Of a DNA stretch of 46,973 bases, positions 35,268 to 44,688 are shown one piece after another. A program made the position numbers and the translations under genes. Under the pieces are notes generated by a model, which worked only from the letters and a program-made list of their open reading frames with translations, was not told the DNA's origin and made no database searches. Position 1 is the first letter of the stretch. Every line of letters begins with the position of its first letter. The DNA is from a virus (lineage: Duplodnaviria; Caudoviricetes): positions 1 to 46,973 of IMG/VR virus record IMGVR_UViG_3300046671_000016. One strand, written 5' to 3'.

Positions 35268-36670
35268 ACGCGCTTCTCACCGAACGCCTGCAGGAGGTTA
35301 CGGACGAGCCTGTCAAGGAAATGCCCAAGCAGTTGGCGATTGCCGAACTGCTGCGACAGAAGGGTGAGTTGGACGAGGCAATGAGAATTTGTAATGAGTT
35401 CCTGAATGGGAACTTCGGCGATATTGGCGCTATTGCCCTCGCATCGCACATTCTTATTGACTCTGGAAGGCTCGGGCTGGCGAACGCCTTGCTCAAGCTG
35501 GCGGTCAAGATCAATCCAGAGTCTTCGGTACTCTGGTCTAATCTCGGGCTGACATTTCAGGAAGGCTCAGACCTTGCCGAGGGCGAGGCTGCATTCATCA
35601 AGGCGATCAACCGCGATCCGCGCAACGCCTTTGCGCTGAACAACCTCGCGCAGCTCTACGTCAACACGGCCCAGCCGCAGAAGGCGATCAACTGCGCGAC
35701 GAAGGCGATTGAGCTTGATCCTTCGCTGCCAGAAGCGCGGTACAACCTGGGGCTGGCGAACCTTCAGCTCGGTAACTGGAAGGAAGGTTGGGACGGGTAC
35801 GAATACAATCTCGGAGCGCATCGGCATCGAAGGGAGCGCGTCTATGGCAAAGTACCACGCTGGGATGGAACGAAGGGCAAGACTGTTATCGCGTATGGCG
35901 AACAAGGACTCGGAGATGAGATTAGCTTCGCCTCGTGCATCCCTGATCTGCTACGGGAGTGCCGCGTCGTTTTGGAGTCCGACAAGCGGCTGGATGCACT
36001 GTTCCGGCGCTCGTTCGGCGTCCCGACTTATGGCACGCGTAAGGAAGCCGGGATAGGCTGGGTCAAGGAACACAAGCCCGATGCGAGCGTTGCGTTCGGG
36101 TCGCTACCTCACTTTTATCGTAATAGCACCGAGAGCTTCCCCGGCACGCCATACCTGAAAGCCGATCCTGAGAGGCGGCTGATGTATCGCGCGCTGCTGG
36201 ACTCACTCGGCCCGCAGATGAAGGTCGGCCTAGCGTGGACTGGCGGGCTGAAGAACACCGGCAAGGAACGCAGATCAGTGGAGCTGAAAGACTTAGCTCC
36301 GATCCTCGCTCAAGATGCTATCTTCGTCAGCCTGCAGTACATGGACGCGCCAGAGGTTGCCGGGACGAAGGTGCATCACTGGCCGTTCGCTGTGCAGACG
36401 CAGGACTACGATGATACGGCGGCGCTCGTGGCGGAACTCGATCTGGTGATATGTGTAACCACGGCGGTCGTTGACCTGTGCGGTGGGCTGGGTATGCCCT
36501 GCTGGGTACTGACGCCTAAGGCTCCTATGTGGCGCTACGGTCTGAGCGGTGAGGCGTATGTGTGGTCTAATGCCGTGCGGCTCTACAGGCAGACGAACGA
36601 GTGGATTCACCCGATCAGCGAGATTGCGCGTGATTTGAGAGAAAAGGCGGCGGCATGGGCCTCACGGTAG
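35264..36670 (+). CDS. TPR-repeat + GT-B (GT9-like) glycosyltransferase
   Basis: TPRs (WSNLG, ALNNLA, ARYNLG); GW..YE, EQGLGDEI.F, VGLAW.G, FVSLQY, DTAALVAELDLVI.V.TAV..L.G.LG. Confidence 0.88.
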   Translation: MNALLTERLQEVTDEPVKEMPKQLAIAELLRQKGELDEAMRICNEFLNGNFGDIGAIALASHILIDSGRLGLANALLKLAVKINPESSVLWSNLGLTFQEGSDLAEGEAAFIKAINRDPRNAFALNNLAQLYVNTAQPQKAINCATKAIELDPSLPEARYNLGLANLQLGNWKEGWDGYEYNLGAHRHRRERVYGKVPRWDGTKGKTVIAYGEQGLGDEISFASCIPDLLRECRVVLESDKRLDALFRRSFGVPTYGTRKEAGIGWVKEHKPDASVAFGSLPHFYRNSTESFPGTPYLKADPERRLMYRALLDSLGPQMKVGLAWTGGLKNTGKERRSVELKDLAPILAQDAIFVSLQYMDAPEVAGTKVHHWPFAVQTQDYDDTAALVAELDLVICVTTAVVDLCGGLGMPCWVLTPKAPMWRYGLSGEAYVWSNAVRLYRQTNEWIHPISEIARDLREKAAAWASR

Positions 36671-37317
36671 CCGGTCTGACGGTCATCTCGAAGTACCCAT
36701 CGCGCAGGGTGCTATCGCTCGGCTATCCGGACATCATCGCCACGGGCGAGTTCATCAAGACGCTTTTCAACGTCGAGCCGCAGACCTTCGTTCCGAACGG
36801 CGGCTGGCACGGCGTCGATTACGAGCTGCCTGAGAGCGTCGAGTTCTTCCGGCTGATCGGTTCAGAGCTGTCCTGCATCGACGTGCACGCGAGCCGAGGT
36901 GTGGAAACGGTCGTGGATCTCAACTATCCGCACGACTTAGGCAAGTTCGACATGGTGATTGATCCTGGCACGGTCGAGCATTGCTTCAACATCGGGCAGG
37001 CGATCATCAATGCGGCTACAGCGGTTGCCGAGGGCGGGGTGATCTTCCACACACCTCCGATGACCATGATCAACCACGGCTTCTACAACCTGAACCCGAC
37101 GCTATTCTTCGACTTCTACATGCAGAATGGCTGGGACGTGGAGATGGCGATGGGGGTGAAAGACGGGGCGCTATTCGAACTGCCGTCGCATCAGCGGGTC
37201 ATTATCCCAGCCGAGTCGAGCATCTACTTCGTAGCGCGACGGACGAACATGAATCCGTTGTCGTTCCCTGTTCAGTATAAGTATCAAGTTAACCCGGATT
37301 TGAAGGTGATGCATTGA
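36655..37317 (+). CDS. SAM-dependent methyltransferase-like protein
   Basis: VLSLG, CIDV, DLN, FDMVIDPGTVEHCFNI.QA, NHGFYN.NPT.F. Confidence 0.8.
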   Translation: MGLTVAGLTVISKYPSRRVLSLGYPDIIATGEFIKTLFNVEPQTFVPNGGWHGVDYELPESVEFFRLIGSELSCIDVHASRGVETVVDLNYPHDLGKFDMVIDPGTVEHCFNIGQAIINAATAVAEGGVIFHTPPMTMINHGFYNLNPTLFFDFYMQNGWDVEMAMGVKDGALFELPSHQRVIIPAESSIYFVARRTNMNPLSFPVQYKYQVNPDLKVMH

Positions 37318-37925
37318 CCTACAAGAACGTAGATGGCTTCGTTTTCCCGGACAGCGATCTTGACTGCGCTCCGGCGATGTTTGCTACCGTTGGCGATCTT
37401 GAGCTGTACTACCCGTTCGTGCAGAGCTTCGATGTGGCGGTGCAGGCTGGCGGCAACGTAGGAATCTTCCCGGCGAAGATGGCCGAGCGGTTCAAGTTCG
37501 TCTATACCTTCGAGCCAGATGCGATCAACTTCAACTGTCTCTGTCGGAACGCGCCACTGGAGAACATCATCAAACTGCAGGCTGCGCTAGGCGAGAAGCA
37601 CGGACTCGTCGGCATCCAGAAGGTTCCGCAGAACGTCGGGGCGAACTATGTATCTGGGGCAGGCAACGTCCCGACGCTCAAGATAGACGATCTCAACCTC
37701 AATACCTGCGACATGCTGATGCTGGATGTTGAGGGGATGGAACTGGCGGCGTTGAAAGGCGCGCTGGGCACGATCATGGCCTTTCATCCGTGCATCGTGG
37801 TCGAGGAAAAGGACTTGGGCAACCGTTACGGCTACCCGCATGGGGCCATCGCGGAGTTTCTGGCCTCCATCGGCTATCGTGAAGTTCACCGCAAGCACCG
37901 CGATGTGGTATACACATGCGGGTAG
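37314..37925 (+). CDS. FkbM-family methyltransferase
   Basis: VQAGGNVG, VYTFEPD..NF, AALG, IDDL.L, LDVEG.E..AL.GA. Confidence 0.9.
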   Translation: MTYKNVDGFVFPDSDLDCAPAMFATVGDLELYYPFVQSFDVAVQAGGNVGIFPAKMAERFKFVYTFEPDAINFNCLCRNAPLENIIKLQAALGEKHGLVGIQKVPQNVGANYVSGAGNVPTLKIDDLNLNTCDMLMLDVEGMELAALKGALGTIMAFHPCIVVEEKDLGNRYGYPHGAIAEFLASIGYREVHRKHRDVVYTCG

Positions 37926-38620
37926 TCGGCTTTCTCTACGTCGATTGCGGCAAGCCCGAGTATGCGGCGATGGCGGAGAACATGGTTCATTGGGTGCGCG
38001 AGGCGATGCAGGATGCCTATATCGTGCACATGGCCTCGCCCAACACGGTCAGTATCGCTGGCGTCAGTCGGCGCATCAACCGCGAAGTCACGCAAGAGAA
38101 CGCGCCGCTCATGATCTATCGCCTGGAGCACTTGGCGAATTTCCCCTACGAGCAGATGTTACTGCTGGATGTGGACGTGGTGATGAACCGCGATCCGTGG
38201 AAGGTCTTCGACACACCGTTCGACATGGCGTTCACGACACGTGACAGGGACGCGATTGTTGATGGCGAATCAATCGCAAGGAAAATGCCGTACAACATCG
38301 GCGTCATGTTCAGCCGCAGCCCTGCGTTCTGGCGCGAGGCGCATGCCTACGTCAAGACCCTTCCGCCTGACCATCAGCAATGGTGGGGCGATCAACTGGC
38401 AGTCAAGCATCTGGCCGACAGCGGGCGCTACCGCATCCATGAAATATCGAGCGATCCGTACAACTATTCCCCCGACCTTGCGGACGAGGATGTAACCGAC
38501 AAGTTCATGGTGCACTATAAGGGCGCGCGCAAGGCGCGGCTATTCGACAAGTTCCCATCCATCCTGCGTCGCCTGAACGGGCCGCAGGGCTATCACTATC
38601 GCAGCGAAAGGGCCGCATGA
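37916..38620 (+). CDS. GT-A fold glycosyltransferase (GT8/GT77-like)
   Basis: LLLDVDV (DxD), YNIGVMF, WGDQ.A, YNY, VHYKG.RK. Confidence 0.82.
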   Translation: MRVVGFLYVDCGKPEYAAMAENMVHWVREAMQDAYIVHMASPNTVSIAGVSRRINREVTQENAPLMIYRLEHLANFPYEQMLLLDVDVVMNRDPWKVFDTPFDMAFTTRDRDAIVDGESIARKMPYNIGVMFSRSPAFWREAHAYVKTLPPDHQQWWGDQLAVKHLADSGRYRIHEISSDPYNYSPDLADEDVTDKFMVHYKGARKARLFDKFPSILRRLNGPQGYHYRSERAA

Positions 38621-39255
38621 GCATTTCAACCTACGCCGAGTTATCCACGGCAATCGTGAACTGGCTCGATGTCCCCGCTGCATCGTTCCCAAGCGGCGGG
38701 ATTAGCGACCTGATAACCGTGGGCGAGAAGCGCCTGTTCCGCGAAGCTCGGTCGCGCGACATGGAGTACGCACTGAGCGACACAATCGCAGCAGGAGTCA
38801 TCGCGCTCCCTGCGAGCTACGTATCGCTCAAGTTTGCCTATATCAATGGCTCGCCGATCTCACGCTTGGAGCGTCGCCCGGCTGAGTGGATCTATCAGCA
38901 ATATCCGATTCGCTCGTCCACCGGAAGGCCGAAGTTCATCGGGCGCGACTCAACGAACTTCGTCTTTGGCCCGTATCCAGACTCGGGATATACGGTGAAA
39001 GGCATCTACTACCGCCGTCTGACCGTCATTGAGACAGCGCCGAACGCGCTGTTCTTGGCGAATCCAGACCTGTACTTGTTCGCATGCCTCGCCGAGTGCG
39101 AGCCGCTGATCGGACGCGACGCCCGCATTACCTTGTGGGAGGCGAAATACCAGAAGATTCTCAGCATGATAAACGGCGAGGATCGTGCCGAAGACGCTTC
39201 CGGCGGCGGTTTGCAGATGCGTGTATCGGACAACCTGCAAATGGTGTCGCGATGA
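38617..39255 (+). CDS. Head-tail adaptor / connector protein
   Basis: MSISTYAEL..AI.NWL, GRP, GPYPD..Y....YY, PDLYL.A.L.E. Confidence 0.82.
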   Translation: MSISTYAELSTAIVNWLDVPAASFPSGGISDLITVGEKRLFREARSRDMEYALSDTIAAGVIALPASYVSLKFAYINGSPISRLERRPAEWIYQQYPIRSSTGRPKFIGRDSTNFVFGPYPDSGYTVKGIYYRRLTVIETAPNALFLANPDLYLFACLAECEPLIGRDARITLWEAKYQKILSMINGEDRAEDASGGGLQMRVSDNLQMVSR

Positions 39256-39893
39256 ACCTCCAAGTGTATATCGGCACCGATTCGCGCCAGCCCATTGCGG
39301 CGCAGGTTCTGATGCACTCTATCTGCGCCCGCGCCTCCTGGCCGATCAGCATTACTCCGCTGGTGCTCTCGCAGCTTCCAATGAAGCGGCGCGGGTTGAC
39401 GGAATTCACTTTCAGCCGCTACATGGTGCCGTTCCTGTCAGAGTACAGAGGCCGCTCGATCTTCATGGACGCTGACATGTTATGCCTCGCCGATGTGTGC
39501 GAACTGGTAGAGCTTGCCGATCCGCTCGCTGCCGTATCGGTCGTGAAGAATAAGCTGCGCTTTGAATGGCCGAGCCTGATGGTGTTCAACAACGCGATGT
39601 GTATGAAGCTACAGCCTTCATGGATCGACGACGAGAGCACCGCGCCGCAGTCGCTGTCGTGGGCGAAGCAGGTAGGCGAGCTACCGTCCGAATGGAATCA
39701 CATCGTCGGATACGACGCTCCGCGCACAGATGCCAAGATCGTCCATTTCTCCGCTGGTATCCCCTGCTGGCGCGAGACGCAGGACTGCGAGTATGCCGCC
39801 GAATGGCACAGGGAACGAAAGCTTTGCAACTCCTCCGTGTCGTGGGAGGACTTGATGGGCCGCAGCGTACATCGGGAGAAGGTACTTGGCTAA
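39252..39893 (+). CDS. GT-A fold (GT8-like) glycosyltransferase
   Basis: VYIG.D.RQ, TEFTFSR..VP, IFMDADML (DxD), W.SLMVFN, LP.EWN..VG, IVHF..G.P; start revised to ATG 39252. Confidence 0.85.
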   Translation: MNLQVYIGTDSRQPIAAQVLMHSICARASWPISITPLVLSQLPMKRRGLTEFTFSRYMVPFLSEYRGRSIFMDADMLCLADVCELVELADPLAAVSVVKNKLRFEWPSLMVFNNAMCMKLQPSWIDDESTAPQSLSWAKQVGELPSEWNHIVGYDAPRTDAKIVHFSAGIPCWRETQDCEYAAEWHRERKLCNSSVSWEDLMGRSVHREKVLG

Positions 39894-41403
39894 AGCGCAG
39901 CGCGTATCGCGCCCCGACGAGCCGAATCTAGTGGTGCCGCTCGCCACGTCGATTAATGAGCGAGGCATTACCGGCTTCACGCATTCGATCACGAACTCGG
40001 AAGACCAGAGGAAGCTCAACTGTTTCTATGAACTTTCTAAAAATCCGATGACCGGCAAAGGATCTCTGACGCTGGTGGTAAGGCCCGGCGTTACGATCGA
40101 CGCATTCACTTACGGCGTATCCGGGCAGGCGTCTTATCTTGTTCTAGATGTTACTGGGAGCCCAGCGCCGGTAGCTGACTTCGTAGTGAATATCTCAGGC
40201 GGGAATATTATAAGCACAACAAGTTCTACCGCCGATACGGTAGTGGCTGCGGGGTTATACCTGCCTGCGTATATAGATACGACATCCCTTAGCAATGTTC
40301 GGCAAGCGTGCCTTCAATTACGGAAGGTTACGAACGCCATAGATCAGCGAGTATTTTTCAAGCCTCTTGTCGGCGGAGCGTGGACGGAGATTGTCGATGC
40401 AGATTTCACGACTCCTGGACACGTCGGGAAGATGGAGCACCTTGACGGTTATGCGTTTATTCTCGCCGATACCGGACTAATATGGAGTTCAGACGTTAAT
40501 AGCCTTGCGAACTGGACTTCGACGAGTTTCTTGGCGAAGCAGATCAAGCAGGATTTTTCTGTCGGTCTCGCGCGCCTCGCTAATCAGATCATCGCCTTCG
40601 GTGACAATACAGCGGAGATGTTCTACAACGCTGGCAATACGACCGGGAGTCCACTAGGACGGCTGCCGCACTTGCATCAGAGGATCGGCTTGATAAATAC
40701 CACTATCGTCGGCGGGACTCACTATTACGCCACGCTTGAGAATCGCATCTACTTCGTCGGGCGGCGCTCAGGCGGTAGCGGCGGGCCTTCGATAGGAGCG
40801 TTCGCCTATGACGGAGCGCGCTTCGAGAAGATCAGTACGCCCTACGTTGACAAGATACTGTCCGAGAAATACACGGCACTCTATTCTGTCAACGCAATCG
40901 GCTTTCACGGTCAGAGCGCCATCGCATTCTGCTGGACAGCTCCAGGTGCAGCGACGCAGCAATGGCTGATGTTCTTCCCTGACTGGAAGGAATGGTTTGA
41001 ATGGAGCAGCACCGTATTTGCCCCGGTCAATAGCGGCACATTCTATCTCGGCGTCGGCTCGAATCAGCACAAGCTCTATAAGTTTGCCTCATCCGATAAC
41101 TGGCAGGATAACGGCACATCCTACCAATGGTTCACCCAGTTCAAGCTGCCGAACAAGGGGACAGTGCGCCGGTTCATGCCGATGTACGGTGTGGAAGCAG
41201 ATACCGCGCGTACCACGAACAATCTGACTGTTGAGATCAGCACGAACGACTGTGTGACGTTCTCCACTCTGGGCACCATTGATCTGACGCAAGACCGTAA
41301 AATACTATTTCGCGGTGGTTCGTTCAGAACGGCGCATATTAGACTCGGAAGCACGAATGGCGCTGAAACACGGATTCAGAACTTCCTCGCCCGGATCGAC
41401 TGA
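39886..41403 (+). CDS. Tail hub / DNA-stabilisation protein (P22 gp10-like)
   Basis: RPG start motif, LDGY.F, FG..T.E.FYN.G, KIST..VD..L; position after the adaptor. Confidence 0.8.
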   Translation: MAKAQRVSRPDEPNLVVPLATSINERGITGFTHSITNSEDQRKLNCFYELSKNPMTGKGSLTLVVRPGVTIDAFTYGVSGQASYLVLDVTGSPAPVADFVVNISGGNIISTTSSTADTVVAAGLYLPAYIDTTSLSNVRQACLQLRKVTNAIDQRVFFKPLVGGAWTEIVDADFTTPGHVGKMEHLDGYAFILADTGLIWSSDVNSLANWTSTSFLAKQIKQDFSVGLARLANQIIAFGDNTAEMFYNAGNTTGSPLGRLPHLHQRIGLINTTIVGGTHYYATLENRIYFVGRRSGGSGGPSIGAFAYDGARFEKISTPYVDKILSEKYTALYSVNAIGFHGQSAIAFCWTAPGAATQQWLMFFPDWKEWFEWSSTVFAPVNSGTFYLGVGSNQHKLYKFASSDNWQDNGTSYQWFTQFKLPNKGTVRRFMPMYGVEADTARTTNNLTVEISTNDCVTFSTLGTIDLTQDRKILFRGGSFRTAHIRLGSTNGAETRIQNFLARID

Positions 41404-41639
41404 TGGAACCAGCCGTTCAGCCTCTCTACGATCAGACCTCCCCGGCTTGGCAATGGCTGATCGGGCAGGCTCCCGTAAAGCTGTCATTTGGTCTTTTCAG
41501 CCTACATATCGTTTTAGGCGTACCATCTGCCGCATTAGGAGCCAACAATGACTATGCCTTGCGTGGGGATGGAGCGGCTGGAGCGAACACGACGCTTTAC
41601 CACAAGGAAGCGGGCGCGTGGGTCGCCTGCACCTTATGA
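41403..41639 (+). CDS. Small tail-associated protein
   Basis: G.P....GA..DY.LR.DG......LY.K..G.W motif; TGATG overlap. Confidence 0.65.
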   Translation: MEPAVQPLYDQTSPAWQWLIGQAPVKLSFGLFSLHIVLGVPSAALGANNDYALRGDGAAGANTTLYHKEAGAWVACTL

Positions 41640-41881
41640 GCTTCGACCCGGCACAGGAATACGGCAACGCGGTCGCCAATACTGGCTTCGCTTCGGGGAA
41701 GGAATACATTGAGGCAATCATCGAAGACGCAAAGAAAACCCTACCGCCCGGCACCGAGTTCTCTTTTATTTCTTGGACGCAGGACGGAGCGCGACAGACA
41801 GGTTGGGTCTACAACCTACAAACGCCACGCGAGCAACAGAAGCTCTTTAATCCACTGAAGCCGACAGCACCACGGACGTAG
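41636..41881 (+). CDS. Hypothetical protein
   Basis: ATGA overlap. Confidence 0.55.
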   Translation: MSFDPAQEYGNAVANTGFASGKEYIEAIIEDAKKTLPPGTEFSFISWTQDGARQTGWVYNLQTPREQQKLFNPLKPTAPRT

Positions 41882-41890
41882 GAGAGGAAT

Positions 41891-42397
41891 ATGGATTTTG
41901 GCAACTTGTTAAGCGCAGGAACCGGGTTACTCGGGCAGCTCTGGGGGCGCAATCAGACTCAAGGCACCGCGAGCCAATACGCAGGCATGGGAGCGCCCTA
42001 CCGTGAGCGCCTGTCCGCAATCTCCGCCGACCCGAACCTCTACTACAAATCTCCCGAGGCTACCGCGCTTGCCAATGCTTCAGACCGCCGGTACTCGTCC
42101 ATCGTCGGCAACCCTGCAGGGTCTGGTACAGCCCAGCAAGCGGCGCTGGAAGCCATGCTGCGCGGCTATGGGACGGAGCGCGACCGCCTGTTCAACTACG
42201 GCGGCGGGGCTTACTTCAATCAAGCCGCACCGGGAGCGCAAGGCAATGCGACGAACGCAGGCATGGGCATCTTCAGCTCGCTCGGGCCACTGATGCAGTT
42301 GATGACCAGAGGGGGTGGCGGTAGCGGTGGAGGAGATATAAGCGGGCTTCTCGGCAACTCTGACTACATGAGCGGTGGCGGCATGGGGCTCGCCTGA
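41891..42397 (+). CDS. Putative DNA ejection/pilot protein (P22 gp7-like position)
   Basis: GGAGAGG RBS; Gly/Ala/Gln-rich. Confidence 0.65.
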   Translation: MDFGNLLSAGTGLLGQLWGRNQTQGTASQYAGMGAPYRERLSAISADPNLYYKSPEATALANASDRRYSSIVGNPAGSGTAQQAALEAMLRGYGTERDRLFNYGGGAYFNQAAPGAQGNATNAGMGIFSSLGPLMQLMTRGGGGSGGGDISGLLGNSDYMSGGGMGLA

Positions 42398-42957
42398 TGA
42401 GTCGTTTAGGCGACTTCTTCAGCGATACCTTCGCTCGGGCGAAGTCTCACGAGCCGGGGTGGATTCAACGTCTGCCCTCGATGCCAGGATCGCCTCAGGC
42501 GCTTCAGGATGCGTTCATCACCAACCGCTGGAGCCACCCATACGGCTCGGACGCGAGCAGCATGGACGTATTCGCTGGCGGGGTCGGGCATCCGGCCTCC
42601 TCGGAGCAGCCGTGGGCGCGGGCGATAGGACGCACCATCGGCAGCATCTTCCTCGGCAAGGGTCTCAACACCCTCACCGGCACGCAATACGCAGGGCCAG
42701 CCGCTAGGGGTGCTGCGAACATCTTGAGTGGGCAGGGGGACACCAATGCAGCGCCCGGCCTCATGGGTGGCGGCATGGGAATGATGCCCGCGAATCGCCC
42801 ACTGATCCAGCCCCTAGCGACTCCAGATCCGTTCGCCGAGCAGGGCGGGCAAATCTCGCCGGGCCTGATCGCTATGTTACTGGCCTCGCGTCAAGGTGGC
42901 GGCGATGAAACGCAGCAGTCTCAGGCTCCCTACATAAGCGCCGGGGGTCTTGCATGA
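42397..42957 (+). CDS. Gly-rich putative internal virion protein
   Basis: TGATG overlap; context. Confidence 0.55.
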   Translation: MSRLGDFFSDTFARAKSHEPGWIQRLPSMPGSPQALQDAFITNRWSHPYGSDASSMDVFAGGVGHPASSEQPWARAIGRTIGSIFLGKGLNTLTGTQYAGPAARGAANILSGQGDTNAAPGLMGGGMGMMPANRPLIQPLATPDPFAEQGGQISPGLIAMLLASRQGGGDETQQSQAPYISAGGLA

Positions 42958-43286
42958 ACTTCGGCCATTTCTTCAGCAGCCTTCCAAGTCCGTTCAGCGG
43001 TGGAAGCAGCGGCGGGGGATTCCCCGGATTGCCGCAGTTACCGGGCATGCCCCAGCTTCCCGGTATGCCGGGCTTCCCCGGAATGGGTGGGCAGCCGCAG
43101 CCTTCCTACGGCGGAGGTTACGGCGGTGGCGGTCTTGGCGGGACAATGCAGACTATGGTCGATCCAAGTTCCGGAAGCTATGGCTCCAGCCCGACCGATA
43201 CGCAAGGGCTGCTGCAAATGCTGATGACACAGAATAGACAGCCCGGAGGTGGGCAGAGCTATCTCGGTGGACAGGGGTTGATCTGA
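42954..43286 (+). CDS. Gly/Pro/Gln low-complexity protein
   Basis: ATGA overlap; FPGLPQLPGMPQLPGMPGFPGM. Confidence 0.55.
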   Translation: MNFGHFFSSLPSPFSGGSSGGGFPGLPQLPGMPQLPGMPGFPGMGGQPQPSYGGGYGGGGLGGTMQTMVDPSSGSYGSSPTDTQGLLQMLMTQNRQPGGGQSYLGGQGLI

Positions 43287-43287
43287 C

Positions 43288-44688
43288 ATGCCTGAAACAT
43301 TCGGGTTCAACCAAAACTGGATGCACGGTCTCGGTGGCTTGCCACGCGAGCCGACTTCGCTTGAAGGCACCCTCGCTGCAATTCCAGGCGTAGGGAGTTA
43401 CATCGCTTACGGCAGATACCTAGATGCCGAGGCGCAGAAGAAGCGTGCTCTACAGGATGAAACAGCGTTCAGGGCAGAACGTGCTGCGCTCGGGCCGGGC
43501 GCTACGCCGGAAGACATGTTTCGTACAGGAGCTCGCTATGCAACTCCTGCAGATCTCATGGGGAAGTCCGACGAGTGGGCAAAAATCACCGAAGCGAGGA
43601 AGAGCCGTGAGGCTATGCAAGCCGGATTGGAGAGGATTTATGGCGGCGGGGTAGCTCCAGCACAAGCACAAGCCGAACCGCAACCACTCGGGATGGGTTT
43701 CCCGGTTGGCGGCGCTCCCGAAACAGCACCTCAAGCTGCCCCTGATCCTGAAGCTAGAATCGCGCAACTTACTGCTACTCGCCTCCTCTATGCTGGGAAT
43801 CAAGCTTATCAATCGGCTATCGACAGGGAGATTGATAAACTTCGCGCTGTAAAGTCTGACCAACCCAGCGTGCATGTTGTGCAAGATAAGACCAGCCCAA
43901 CTGGTTGGTCTTATTCTGATGTCAAGACGGACAAGATTCTGAGCAAGGGGGCTCCACCACCGGCTGCTGCCGCACAACAGCAGGCAGCGGGCGCGGTGGC
44001 TCCTGAGACGATCAAGCAACTGGCGGAACGCTATCGCGTTGACGGTACATTGCCGAGCTTCGGCTGGGGCGCATCTGGCGCTATTGTAAGGGCGAAGATT
44101 CTGAACGAAGCCGCTAGTCAAGCCGCAGCAGAAGGTTCTACTGGCGAGCAAGAGCGAATCCGCCAAGTCGGGCTGGGGACGATCAAGCAGGCTCTTGGAC
44201 AGCTTGAGAAGAATCGCGCCAATATTACGGCCTTCGAGAACACGGCGGCTCGCAACGCTGATCTAGTGTTGCAGGAGTCGGAAAAGGTTGATCGTCTAGG
44301 CTCTCCAGCCATTGACCGCTGGATACAGGCAGGGAAAAAGAATATCGCCGGAGATCCGCAAGTAGCGCGCCTCGATCTTGCCATGCGGACGTTCATCAAC
44401 GAGTATGCGCGAGTGACCACGACGGTAACTGGCGGCGGTGTGACCTCGGATACAGCACGCAAAGAGATTGAAAGCCTGCTGGCGAGCAAGATGACCAAGA
44501 CGCAAGTGAGAGAAGTGGTGGGACTAGCGAAGCAGGAAATGCGGAATCGCTTGGCTTCGTATGACGATCAGGTCAAAGTCTTGCGGGATAGGATGAGTGT
44601 TCGGCCCGGTTCAGCGCCAAGTAGTATTGAAGCTCCGACTGCGGCCCCCTCTGCTCAAGGTAGCTGGCGAGTCACACCAGTCCCATAA
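43288..44688 (+). CDS. Putative DNA ejection protein
   Basis: Ala/Gln-rich helical 466-aa protein in the P22 gp20-like position. Confidence 0.7.
   Translation: MPETFGFNQNWMHGLGGLPREPTSLEGTLAAIPGVGSYIAYGRYLDAEAQKKRALQDETAFRAERAALGPGATPEDMFRTGARYATPADLMGKSDEWAKITEARKSREAMQAGLERIYGGGVAPAQAQAEPQPLGMGFPVGGAPETAPQAAPDPEARIAQLTATRLLYAGNQAYQSAIDREIDKLRAVKSDQPSVHVVQDKTSPTGWSYSDVKTDKILSKGAPPPAAAAQQQAAGAVAPETIKQLAERYRVDGTLPSFGWGASGAIVRAKILNEAASQAAAEGSTGEQERIRQVGLGTIKQALGQLEKNRANITAFENTAARNADLVLQESEKVDRLGSPAIDRWIQAGKKNIAGDPQVARLDLAMRTFINEYARVTTTVTGGGVTSDTARKEIESLLASKMTKTQVREVVGLAKQEMRNRLASYDDQVKVLRDRMSVRPGSAPSSIEAPTAAPSAQGSWRVTPVP

Noticed and set aside
30741-39893. Serotype-conversion (gtr) or DNA hypermodification cluster
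   Set aside because: No membrane GT or flippase, and no hydroxymethylase or own DNA polymerase; the genes are embedded in the late structural operon. Disfavoured, but not formally excluded
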